A stretch of 64,000 nt of DNA, taken from Candidatus Eiseniibacteriota bacterium (GTDB lineage Bacteria > Arandabacterota > Arandabacteria > Arandabacterales > Arandabacteraceae). Made by a program: the position numbers and the translations under genes. The notes beneath the pieces were generated by a model. The model had not been told where the DNA came from. It did not search any database and worked only from the letters and a program-made list of their open reading frames with translations. Shown here piece after piece: positions 27,801 to 35,572 of this stretch; position 1 is the stretch's first letter, and each line of letters starts with the position of its first letter. The stretch spans positions 4,805 to 68,804 of the forward strand of contig JBDRNT010000094.1 in NCBI GenBank assembly GCA_043810925.1, read 5' to 3'.

Positions 27801-29941
27801 CTCATGAACCCAGGGAAGGAGAGGAGACGCTTGTCAAGGTACGGGTGGCCAATGCGGGCCACACTGTTGCTGAGAACTTCATGGTCAGCACCTACGACGG
27901 AGTGGTGGAGGAGACTCATCTGATCGGATCGGCCGTGGTGGCCGGGTTGGGGGCGAAGTCCGACACCCTGATAACTTTCGCGTGGGAGATGCCGGGTGGC
28001 CAGACGACACGTCTCGTTTACGCGACAATAGATCTTGAGAATGCTGTGCTGGAGCGCTTTGAGCTCAACAACCAGGCGCACCGGCGTTTCTACCTGTCGC
28101 TTGCCGATCTCAAAGTGACCATAGGCGACGTGCGGCCGTTCCCGGTGGTCATCGGAGAGTCCCTTACTGTGGATGCTCACCTGGAGAACGTCGGCTCCGA
28201 TGTCGCGAGGGATTTCGAGTTGGTGTTCTATGACAGCCTCAGAGTAGAATCGCGGCGTTTTGCCGGCTTTCAGGTGGACTCTCTTTGCCCGGGTGAAAGC
28301 ATGGATTTCAGCGTGCGCCACAGGATCGATTCATTCAGGGGCGACTTCGTGCGACTCTGGGGTGTCGTCGATCCTGCCCAGGGAGTGCTTGAGTACCATA
28401 CGAGCAACAACAACTCTTGTGTTGATGTCAACTCGGGTATTGGCGGCAGACTGCTGACGACGCCCTACGAGATTGCAGTTACTGCTCTGAAGTCTTCAAG
28501 GACGTGTTTTGTGCTCGAGTCGCCGTCTTGCCAGTGCCTTGTCGCATTCGGCAGCAGCCTTCCTTACAACGCCGTCTTTGAGACACTCGGAGCAGGCGTA
28601 GATGTATCGCGAAACACCATAGTCTTCAGCTCCGGCGGTGATATAGCGGGATTCGATGTCAAGGACAGCGTCCTGTTCGTGATCAGCTCGGCTGAGGAAT
28701 ATGAAACACAGCCGGCGGTCTGGGGTGAGAATGTAGCATGGATATCCGAGGGTCCTGCATCCACGAGTCTGCGGCTGAGGAGAGCTTCAGGTGACATAGA
28801 GACCATACGCAGCATAACGACGGGCAGCATTCGGAACCCCGATCTTTCGAACGCCCTGATCGTCTGGGAAGAGGACCTTGGTGGAGGATCCGATATTGTG
28901 GGTTACGATCTTGAGGCCGACACCATCGTGGTGCTTTGCGGCGACGACGGCGACCAGGTGAATCCGGCTGTGTGGGGTGACAAGCTGGTGTGGGAGGATC
29001 ACTCCGCTGACGGAGGAGATGTCCGGGCACTCGACTTCAGGTCCTTATCGAGGCTGGATGTAGCCGCCGGTGACGGCCTGCAGCGGCACCCGGTTGTGTA
29101 CGGCGACATCGTGGTCTGGCAGGATTCGAGGAACGGCAACTGGGACATATACGGTTACAGTTTCTCCAACGGCAGTGAGTTTCCCATATCACGCCAGGTG
29201 GACGATCAAGTACTTCCGTCCTTGAGTGACAGTACTGTTTTGTGGGTTGACCGGCGCGAGCCCGGTGAGATAGTGCTGGGTCTCAGATTCGGAGCCGACC
29301 GCAGGGTTGCAAGCGTGAGGGAATTCGAGGCTTTTTCTCAGGATGGCATGATCAAGGTCCGAAGCAATGTTGAGCAGGAGGACGACGGCCTCGTGTTCAA
29401 CATCTACCGTTACCCGGACGATCGTCCAATGTCTGAAGACAGGTACTCTCACCTGCGGTATCAGTTCGAACTCGGGACCGACTCGGTCCATGTCTATGCG
29501 GATACGTTGGTCGCTGCCAGGAGATCCTTCTACTACACCCTCGGCATAATTGACGGCTACGGAGTTGAGACCTACTATGGACCCGTTGAGGGCAGGGCTT
29601 ACGACGCGTCCCCACCCGGCTTTGTAATCGGGGCTCCTCACCCTAATCCTTTCAGACATGACGTTACCGTGACCTTCGGCTTGCCCAGAGCGCTCAGGCG
29701 GTCCGCCGACAGTTCATGGCCCGATCCGGCCGGTGAGACAAGCAGTGTTGAAATGGCGGTGTATTCCGCGGATGGCCGGCTTGTCCGGACAATCCAGCGG
29801 GGCCATCTTACTCCAGGTTACTACAGGCTGTCCTGGGACGGCATGAACGAAAACGGCCGGCCTGTGAGTTCCGGAGTCTACTTCATCACGGCCTCCGCCG
29901 GTGACGTCGTCACCTCCCGAAAGGTCATTCTGGCCAAGTAG
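24821..29941 (+). CDS. Giant secreted multidomain protein: an M6 (immune inhibitor A-like) metalloprotease, FG-GAP/VCBS beta-propeller repeats, CARDB-like domains and a T9SS C-terminal sorting domain.
   Basis: ATGA overlap with the previous gene. Signal peptide. HEFGHLLGLPDLYD is the M6 zinc site. Repeated DLDGDG...GWP FG-GAP blades. C-terminus ...HPNPFRHDVTVTFGLP...SGVYFITA...KVILAK is a T9SS CTD. Confidence 0.8.
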   Translation: MKRQLAVRLLVLLAVLLAGRSACAVALRPDVFERLHSEGRVEHVRQMLELKRAEEPVDRNVKTAGSLRALVLMIDFDDVAADTILHSRQHFNEMLFSLDNELSMRNYYLWSSYGALDITGEIYGWFRVKEPLSYYANSNAGMDAYPRNAQKMIEDALDAADYRVDFSQFDNDGPDGIPDSGDDDGYVDFLMVVHAGQGYEQTMNPGHIHSHVSTIRARPVDGVYARMYSTEPEDGPVGTFAHEFGHLLGLPDLYDITLNTYGLGMWSLMAYGSWGEGGRRPVGLDPWCKTQLGFLEPVVIDSNYVEYELPCIEDGPDALKLWSQGETGKQYFMVENRRSKSWDSWLTWFDEGLLVYHVDERHQDNSSDSGHLISLEQADGRFDLEERRLWGFGSDGGDPYPGETGNRTFSWWTRPDNQSNEGSPTQVSLRNISDPGDVMTFDVEVWSPVILFEDYRIDDESGDGDGEPDPGEEINLGLRFRNRGITCDDLTVTLRTDDPHVTPGETVVLLEAIEGGSLSGVSNISMQIDETVPEPYDVEFEITIEGTHAYGIYQSTDRFVLGVPVRRLPGWPVFAGDGMTASPAVADLDGDGVKEIIVGCNDGMLYAWKLDGTPVPGWPAVVGAPVHSKPAVCDVDLDFRSEVVVTSRDGRVHVFENDGTPCPGWPRSTGDQILSSALLADIDDDGIVEIICGSTDGQVYAWNENGGLVSGWPVDMGGSEVWMSAAAADVDGDHLEEVVIGGYGGPLYVLDGNGEVLSGWPAPVGRGCGDGSPCVADFDGDGTLEIAISGLFSNSIYLVGLDGRIRPGWPRWPFNCHELSNPVPADIDNDGLPEVAVSTSCGTIVAWNANGSQCNAIEAHAPDPIRGCEPIFLDIDGNGSIEGLAGTSEYGDGEVYVFGSEGVLTGFPIDVGGEVAATPVVDDLDGDGNAEIVAVTKAGQVYVWRFVGPKQTGRIEYSQSRSNVWNTGHYDFVPHDNIPLADLALSAGDISLDPHEPREGEETLVKVRVANAGHTVAENFMVSTYDGVVEETHLIGSAVVAGLGAKSDTLITFAWEMPGGQTTRLVYATIDLENAVLERFELNNQAHRRFYLSLADLKVTIGDVRPFPVVIGESLTVDAHLENVGSDVARDFELVFYDSLRVESRRFAGFQVDSLCPGESMDFSVRHRIDSFRGDFVRLWGVVDPAQGVLEYHTSNNNSCVDVNSGIGGRLLTTPYEIAVTALKSSRTCFVLESPSCQCLVAFGSSLPYNAVFETLGAGVDVSRNTIVFSSGGDIAGFDVKDSVLFVISSAEEYETQPAVWGENVAWISEGPASTSLRLRRASGDIETIRSITTGSIRNPDLSNALIVWEEDLGGGSDIVGYDLEADTIVVLCGDDGDQVNPAVWGDKLVWEDHSADGGDVRALDFRSLSRLDVAAGDGLQRHPVVYGDIVVWQDSRNGNWDIYGYSFSNGSEFPISRQVDDQVLPSLSDSTVLWVDRREPGEIVLGLRFGADRRVASVREFEAFSQDGMIKVRSNVEQEDDGLVFNIYRYPDDRPMSEDRYSHLRYQFELGTDSVHVYADTLVAARRSFYYTLGIIDGYGVETYYGPVEGRAYDASPPGFVIGAPHPNPFRHDVTVTFGLPRALRRSADSSWPDPAGETSSVEMAVYSADGRLVRTIQRGHLTPGYYRLSWDGMNENGRPVSSGVYFITASAGDVVTSRKVILAK

Positions 29942-29994
29942 ACCGGCCGCGGTCTCTTGACGAGCGCACCCCCGTCTGATAACTTGCTGATGAT

Positions 29995-30465
29995 ATGGAC
30001 TTAGGACACGACAGTATCTGGATGACGGAAGCCTTAAAGGAAGCAAGGCGGGCCTTTGAGGAGGGTGAAGTCCCGGTTGGTGCCATCGTGGTGGCCGGTG
30101 GGAAGATCATAGGCAGAGGCCACAACCGGGTCGAGAACCTCAAGGACGCGACTGCACATGCGGAGATTATCGCACTCGGGGCCGCCTCGAGCGGTGTAGG
30201 TGACTGGAGGCTTGAAGAGTCGACGGTATATGTCACGCTCGAACCCTGCGTGATGTGTCTGGGAGCGATGTTCCTGGCCAGGGTCGCGAGGCTCGTATTC
30301 GGTTCCGCGGACAGGCGCGGTGGTGCCTGTGGCGGTGCGGTCGACCTTGGAAGGTTGAAATACATGGACAGGGAGATTACGATAGATGGAGGTATGCTCG
30401 AGGAGGAGTGCAAGGGTCTGCTCCTCGAGTTCTTCTCAAAGGTGAGAAAGTCAGAGGAACCATGA
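29995..30465 (+). CDS. tadA: tRNA-specific adenosine deaminase.
   Basis: HAEIIAL and TLEPCVMCLGAM deaminase zinc motifs in a 156-aa protein. Confidence 0.85.
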   Translation: MDLGHDSIWMTEALKEARRAFEEGEVPVGAIVVAGGKIIGRGHNRVENLKDATAHAEIIALGAASSGVGDWRLEESTVYVTLEPCVMCLGAMFLARVARLVFGSADRRGGACGGAVDLGRLKYMDREITIDGGMLEEECKGLLLEFFSKVRKSEEP

Positions 30466-30470
30466 AAAGC

Positions 30471-30560
30471 GGAGAGATGCCAGAGCGGTTGAATGGGGCG
30501 GTCTCGAAAACCGTTGGGCAGGCAACTGCCCCGGGGGTTCGAATCCCTCTCTCTCCGCCA
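30471..30560 (+). tRNA. tRNA-Ser (anticodon CGA).
   Basis: Acceptor GGAGAGA, anticodon loop CTCGAAA, a long variable arm and an encoded CCA. It starts 6 nt after the tadA stop. Confidence 0.85.
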
Positions 30561-30652
30561 TCCCCCAAAAATCCCTCGGGGTCAGGTCTTGAAATTGAGC
30601 GTCGGGTCTCCATGCCCGGCGAAGAAGTAAGATCGTGAATAATCACATGGTG

Positions 30653-30741
30653 GAGAGATGCGAGAGCGGCTTAATCGGCGTGACTGGAAATCACGTGGAC
30701 GGGCAACCGTCCCGAGGGTTCGAATCCCTCTCTCTCCGCCA
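30653..30741 (+). tRNA. tRNA-Ser (anticodon GGA).
   Basis: Acceptor GGAGAGA, anticodon loop CTGGAAA, a long variable arm and an encoded CCA. Confidence 0.85.
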
Positions 30742-30767
30742 CTAAGAAACCAAATGCAGAAATGCAG

Positions 30768-30815
30768 GGGGTCAGAGCTAGAAAGTTACACCTGTTGGGG
30801 TCAGAGCTAAAAAGT
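30768..30815. repeat. Two direct copies of GGGGTCAGAGCTA(G/A)AAAGTT, the same family as the 10885 palindrome.
   Basis: The copies are at 30768-30787 and 30796-30815, in intergenic DNA just downstream of tRNA-Ser(GGA). Confidence 0.6.
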
Positions 30816-30891
30816 TGCGTGGCCTGCAGATGGATCATTGCCCTCCGGGAATGGTCCGGATGATGTCGACAACGGGTGCTGAGGAGGCAAG

Positions 30892-31263
30892 TTGAGATCG
30901 GTAAGGATCAAGATCGGTGAGATCACACTGGAGGCTGAGCTCGGACAGTCAAAAACCGCTCAGCTGGTGTGGGCCGCGTTGCCGTTTGCCGGAAACGCGC
31001 AGATGTGGGGAGATGAGATCTACTTCAGAGTCCCTGTTGCGGCCGAACTCGAGAATCCCAGGAGGGTAGTCGAAATTGGAGACATCGGGTACTGGCCAAC
31101 AGGCAACGCGTTCTGTATATTCTATGGAAAGACCCCGGCAAGCAGCGGTGATGATATCGTGCCGGCAAGTCCGGTCGACGTGATCGGCCGGGTGACGTCC
31201 GATGTTTCGGTCCTTAAGGGCATCACCGATCCGGGAAGGGTGACAGTGGAAAAGGGGATGTAG
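30892..31263 (+). CDS. Small conserved hypothetical protein, possibly a cyclophilin-like fold (DUF3830-like).
   Basis: TTG start 4 nt after a GAGGAGG RBS. The 123-aa product begins IKIGEITLEAEL...TAQLVWAALP...WGDEIYF. The 3' end overlaps tRNA-Ala by 10 nt. Confidence 0.4.
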   Translation: MRSVRIKIGEITLEAELGQSKTAQLVWAALPFAGNAQMWGDEIYFRVPVAAELENPRRVVEIGDIGYWPTGNAFCIFYGKTPASSGDDIVPASPVDVIGRVTSDVSVLKGITDPGRVTVEKGM

Positions 31264-31329
31264 CTCAGTTGGGAGAGCGCTGCCTTCGCAAGGCAGAGGT
31301 CGGCGGTTCGAATCCGCTCATCTCCACCA
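31254..31329 (+). tRNA. tRNA-Ala (anticodon CGC).
   Basis: GGGGATGTAGCTCAGTTGGGAGAGCGC... with the G3:U70 alanine identity pair, anticodon loop TTCGCAA and an encoded CCA. Confidence 0.85.
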
Positions 31330-31333
31330 TAGA

Positions 31334-31362
31334 TGCGGCGGGCCCCCTCGGGCTCGCCGCCT
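31334..31362 (+). terminator. GC-rich hairpin after tRNA-Ala.
   Basis: GCGGCGGGCCCCCTCGGGCTCGCCGC is followed by CTTCGTATTCT. Confidence 0.3.
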
Positions 31363-31553
31363 TCGTATTCTGAGACGTCGGCCACAGCGCCCCGATGTCA
31401 AAGTCAAAGGCGTCCACGCAGAGTGCGGTGTCGCACCGGTGTTCCACCTCCGACGATGTTATAGGCCGGCAAAAACATCTTGTAAGCTGCGGCGAATAAG
31501 TGTAAACATCTGGCAGGTCAATCTTGACTTCATGCCGGGAGGTTGATTCCACT

Positions 31554-32360
31554 ATGAAGCGTCTAATCGGAAGGTCACACATTGTATCGCGCAGACTGAT
31601 CCTCGGTGCGGTATGTCTTGCATTCGTCGTTGTGGCGTGCAGTTACGTCCCGCTTACCGGGCGCAAGCGGTTCATGCTTGTCGATGAAGGGACCGAGCTC
31701 GAACTTGGAATTCAGACATACAAGGAAGTACTTGAAGAGTCGACACTCTCAACGGACAGCCGGGCCGTCGGACGAATCCGGACGATAGGCGGCCGGATAG
31801 CAGACGTCACGGGTAAGACGGACTACGAGTGGGAATTCAACCTGATAGAAGCGGACACCGTGTTCAACGCCTTCTGTCTGCCCGGCGGCAAGGTTGCAGT
31901 CTATACCGGGATCCTCGAACTTGCGTCTTCCGATGCCGAGGTGGCGACCGTGATGGCCCACGAGATCGCGCATGCCATCGCAAGACATGGGGGTGAGCGT
32001 ATGTCCCAGATGCTTGCTCTCCAGCTTGGCAGCATAGCACTTGAGGAAGCGATGAAGACGAAAAGTGAGAAGACGATGGAGATTGCGCGGGCGGCCTACG
32101 GCGTCGGCGCAGGTCTGCTCTATATCCTCCCCTACAGCAGAACCCATGAGAGCGAAGCGGATTACATGGGGCTCATATATATGGCCCAGGCCGGTTATGA
32201 TCCGAGAGGGGCAGTCAGCTTCTGGGAGAAGATGCAGAAGGAGCATGCCGGGCAGGAGCCGCCGGAATTCCTCTCGACCCACCCGAACAGCGGGACAAGG
32301 ATCGCAGATCTCCAGGGCTGGATGCCCGAGGCCCTGGGCCACTACGAAAAGACACGCTAA
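31554..32360 (+). CDS. M48-family zinc metallopeptidase, lipoprotein-like.
   Basis: HEIAHAIARHG is the HExxH motif, followed by a downstream E. N-terminal signal ending in VVVACS. An alternative TTG start lies at 31524. Confidence 0.8.
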   Translation: MKRLIGRSHIVSRRLILGAVCLAFVVVACSYVPLTGRKRFMLVDEGTELELGIQTYKEVLEESTLSTDSRAVGRIRTIGGRIADVTGKTDYEWEFNLIEADTVFNAFCLPGGKVAVYTGILELASSDAEVATVMAHEIAHAIARHGGERMSQMLALQLGSIALEEAMKTKSEKTMEIARAAYGVGAGLLYILPYSRTHESEADYMGLIYMAQAGYDPRGAVSFWEKMQKEHAGQEPPEFLSTHPNSGTRIADLQGWMPEALGHYEKTR

Positions 32361-32615
32361 TACCGCCGTACGCAAAGCGTTACGCGACTCCGGGTTATTG
32401 TGCTTGACCCCCCCATCCTTTGCTGGTATCGTCTTGGGGCAATAGTCAGCAGTCGCAAATTCTGAGCTCTGATCCCCGGTGAGACTCCCGGTGATGAAGG
32501 GTCATCCTTGGGGGATCGAGCTTAAAACGGATGGGGACAGACCCGGAAAGAAGGGTAGTCGTCGGGCACGGAAACCCGACGCTGCATTTCAAGATGTGAC
32601 CTGATGGTTTTTTGT

Positions 32616-32887
32616 GGGTCGTGCTAGATGGGGAGGTAGCGGTGCCCTGTAACCCGCAAGCCGCTATAGCGGGATCGAACTCCCTTCTGCGGTCTTGTCT
32701 TCTTGGGAACGCGGCCGGGTAAGCGGTGTTGAAGATCAGGTCCTACGCAATGGAAACTTGTGAACCCCGTCAGGACCGGAAGGTAGCAGCGGTAAACGAG
32801 AAACTCCATGTGCCGTAGGGTAACCTGGTTGGAGCTGGCTGCCCGGGAGGCACCCGGGGAGTGGGATCAAGGAAGGGTGCACGGCCT
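32616..32887 (+). ncRNA. ffs: Signal recognition particle RNA, large Bacillus-type with an Alu domain.
   Basis: Domain IV GTCAGGACCGGAAGGTAGCAGC. A 5' Alu-domain string GGGGAGGTAGCGGTGCCCTGTAACC. The 5' end GGGTCGTGC pairs with the 3' end GCACGGCCT. It sits immediately upstream of dnaX, the canonical ffs-dnaX-ybaB-recR order. Confidence 0.8.
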
Positions 32888-32914
32888 GTTAAGCGTGTTA
32901 AGACAGAGGACGTC

Positions 32915-34606
32915 ATGACACCCGATAAGAGTGGCTACATAGTCATCGCAAGGAAGTGGCGACCCGCCACCTTTGACGAAGTGATCGGGCAGGAGCATGT
33001 GAGCCGCACCCTCAAGAACGCCATAACAGGCGAGCGGGTGGCACACGCCTACCTGTTCACGGGCCCCCGTGGGGTCGGCAAGACGACGGTCGCAAGAGTG
33101 CTCGCGAAATCGCTCAACTGTGTTGATGGCCCCACCACGAATCCATGCGGCAAGTGCTCTGCCTGTACGGAGATTGCCCAGGGAACCAGTATGGACGTGA
33201 TGGAAATCGACGGCGCTTCAAACCGGGGTATAGATGAGATCAGGAACCTGAGAGAAAGCGTGCGGTATGCATCGGTTGGGGGGAAGAAGAAGGTCTACAT
33301 AATCGACGAAGTTCACATGCTGACCCAGGAGGCCTTCAACGCTCTTCTTAAGACGCTTGAAGAACCGCCGTCCCATGTCGTGTTTGTCTTCGCGACCACC
33401 CAGCCGCTCAAGCTCCCCCGGACGATCGTTTCGAGATGCCAGCGTTTCGATTTCAGAAGGATACCTGCCGACAAGATCTCGGCAAGGCTCAAGCATATCT
33501 GTGAGGCAGAAGGGTTCACATGTGAGACCAATGCGCTTGCGATGATCTCCCAGCGGTCTGAGGGAAGCATGCGTGACGCTCAGAGCATGCTCGAGCAGGT
33601 ACTTGCTTTCAGCGGAGGAACGGCGACCGAGGTTGACATAAGACCGATCATGGGCTTAAGGGGGAGCGAGACAGTATCATCCATCGCCAAAGCGATCATG
33701 GGCGGTGATGAGGCCGGAGTCCTCACTCTCACGGGAGAAGCGTTCGATGGCGGGGTCGACCCGCTTGATCTCGTCGTCTCGCTTACCGAGTGGATCCGCT
33801 ATCTCCTTATCGCCTCGATAGATGCCAAGTCGCGGGAGTTGGAGTCCCTGACCGATGAAACAAGGCGGGAGCTGGCCGGTGAGGTCGAGGGTGTGACAAC
33901 CGAGCACCTGCTTAGCCTGCTATCGATGATCGCTGATGCCGAGGACTCGGTCAAGCGGGCCGGCCATCAGAGATACCTGCTTGAATCGGTGCTGCTTCGT
34001 ATGACGCATGTCAGATCGATCGCAAAGATATCCACACTGGTCGAGCTGCTGAAGAAGATGGAAGGCGGAGGCCCTTCGGGGGACAAGGGTCTCAAGGACG
34101 CCGGGGTACCGCTCCGCGATGCGGCTGTGCCCAGACCGGCCCGAAAGAAGAAGACCGCCGAGACCGCACAGGTGACGCCCCCAACCGCGGGCATAGTCAC
34201 CGGCTGGCAGGATATCGTCGAGGGTCTGCGGGAGACCAAGACTGCTCTTGCCTCGATCCTCGATCTCTGTGAGCCGCCGAAACTGTCGGAGGGCGTATAC
34301 TGGCTGCAGGTACCGAGCTCTTTCCATGAGAGCATGGTTATGAAGGGCCAGAACATGCGCATATTGACACAGGAGTTCCAAAAGCTTACCAATACTGCGG
34401 TGGTCATACGGACCAGGGTAAGTGTCCCCGCTGAAGAAGCAGTCGAAGACACGGTAAGACCCAAAGACGAACCGACGACGGAAGAACTTGTCGCGCTCGC
34501 AAACAAGGACCCGATTGTCAAGACGCTGATCGAGAATCTGGGTGGCAAGGTCGTGGGAATAAGACAGCAGAAGAAGGACCGTTCTCAGAGAGAGCCGGCC
34601 TCGTGA
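32915..34606 (+). CDS. dnaX: DNA polymerase III subunit gamma/tau.
   Basis: AGAGGA RBS. Walker A GPRGVGKTT. Zinc module CGKCSACTEIAQG. Clamp-loader motifs. Confidence 0.9.
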   Translation: MTPDKSGYIVIARKWRPATFDEVIGQEHVSRTLKNAITGERVAHAYLFTGPRGVGKTTVARVLAKSLNCVDGPTTNPCGKCSACTEIAQGTSMDVMEIDGASNRGIDEIRNLRESVRYASVGGKKKVYIIDEVHMLTQEAFNALLKTLEEPPSHVVFVFATTQPLKLPRTIVSRCQRFDFRRIPADKISARLKHICEAEGFTCETNALAMISQRSEGSMRDAQSMLEQVLAFSGGTATEVDIRPIMGLRGSETVSSIAKAIMGGDEAGVLTLTGEAFDGGVDPLDLVVSLTEWIRYLLIASIDAKSRELESLTDETRRELAGEVEGVTTEHLLSLLSMIADAEDSVKRAGHQRYLLESVLLRMTHVRSIAKISTLVELLKKMEGGGPSGDKGLKDAGVPLRDAAVPRPARKKKTAETAQVTPPTAGIVTGWQDIVEGLRETKTALASILDLCEPPKLSEGVYWLQVPSSFHESMVMKGQNMRILTQEFQKLTNTAVVIRTRVSVPAEEAVEDTVRPKDEPTTEELVALANKDPIVKTLIENLGGKVVGIRQQKKDRSQREPAS

Positions 34607-34620
34607 GGAGGTGACATCCG

Positions 34621-34938
34621 GTGAGTAACAAGTTGGGGGATATCATGCGGCAGGCGCAGAAGCTGCAGACCCAGATGAAGAAGATCCAGGATGAGCTTGC
34701 AGATAAGACCGTCGAAGCCTCAGCCGGAGGAGGCATGGTCACGGTAATAGCGAACGGAAAACAGGACATCATCAGCATCAAGATCGATCCTGAGGTCGTC
34801 AGCAAGGACGATGTGGAGATGCTCGAGGATCTTATAGTTGCTGCAGTTAACGAATCCAGAAAGCGGGCCCAGGAGCTGATGATGGGCGAGATGGCGAAGG
34901 TGACGGGTGGAATGGGCTTGCCCCCTGGCATGTTCTGA
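34621..34938 (+). CDS. ybaB: YbaB/EbfC nucleoid-associated protein.
   Basis: GTG start 8 nt after a GAGGAGG RBS. The 105-aa product reads MRQAQKLQTQMKKIQDEL... Conserved position after dnaX. Confidence 0.8.
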   Translation: MSNKLGDIMRQAQKLQTQMKKIQDELADKTVEASAGGGMVTVIANGKQDIISIKIDPEVVSKDDVEMLEDLIVAAVNESRKRAQELMMGEMAKVTGGMGLPPGMF

Positions 34939-34949
34939 TGAGGTAAACC

Positions 34950-35552
34950 TTGCTTGGCAGTTCCGATAGAATCGAACGACTGATTCAAGAGCTCACCAAG
35001 ATGCCGACGATAGGCAGGCGTACGGCGCAGCGGCTTGCGCTCTACCTGCTCAAGGCGCCGTCGGAGGAAGTCACGGCGCTCGCACGGGCCATGATCGAGA
35101 TGAAGAAGAGGGTCAAGTACTGCTCGGAGTGCGGTGGGATCACGGAGCAGGATCCGTGCGCAATATGCTGCGACCCCAGGCGTGACCGGTCGGTGATCTG
35201 CGTTGTCGAGGAACCCGGTAATGTGATGGGCGTGGAGAGGACGGGCGAGTTTAAAGGTCTCTATCATGTCCTCCACGGCAGGCTGTCGCCGCTTGACGGT
35301 GTCGGCCCCGAGGATCTGTCGGTCGAGAGCCTCCTGGACCGGATAAGAACGCAGGGAACACGTGAAGTCATCATAGCGACCAACCCGAATGTCGAAGGTG
35401 AGGCGACATGCAACTATGTTGCGGGACTGGTCAAACCGCTTGGTGTCAGGGTTACGACGATAGCACGGGGCGTCCCGATGGGCAGTGACCTTGACCTTGC
35501 CGATGAGGTCACCCTTGCAAGGGCTATTGAGGGACGCGGAGAGATCAAGTAA
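34950..35552 (+). CDS. recR: Recombination protein RecR.
   Basis: HhH, the Zn finger CSECGGITEQDPCAIC and a Toprim domain. TTG start. Confidence 0.85.
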   Translation: MLGSSDRIERLIQELTKMPTIGRRTAQRLALYLLKAPSEEVTALARAMIEMKKRVKYCSECGGITEQDPCAICCDPRRDRSVICVVEEPGNVMGVERTGEFKGLYHVLHGRLSPLDGVGPEDLSVESLLDRIRTQGTREVIIATNPNVEGEATCNYVAGLVKPLGVRVTTIARGVPMGSDLDLADEVTLARAIEGRGEIK

Positions 35553-35572
35553 ATTCTTATGAGGAGGATGTC

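Noticed and set aside
32861-32914. Longer dnaX start (MGSRKGARPVKRV...) given by the ORF track.
   Set aside because: It would overlap the 3' part of the SRP RNA. An AGAGGA RBS precedes the ATG at 32915 and the conserved DnaX N-terminus begins there.
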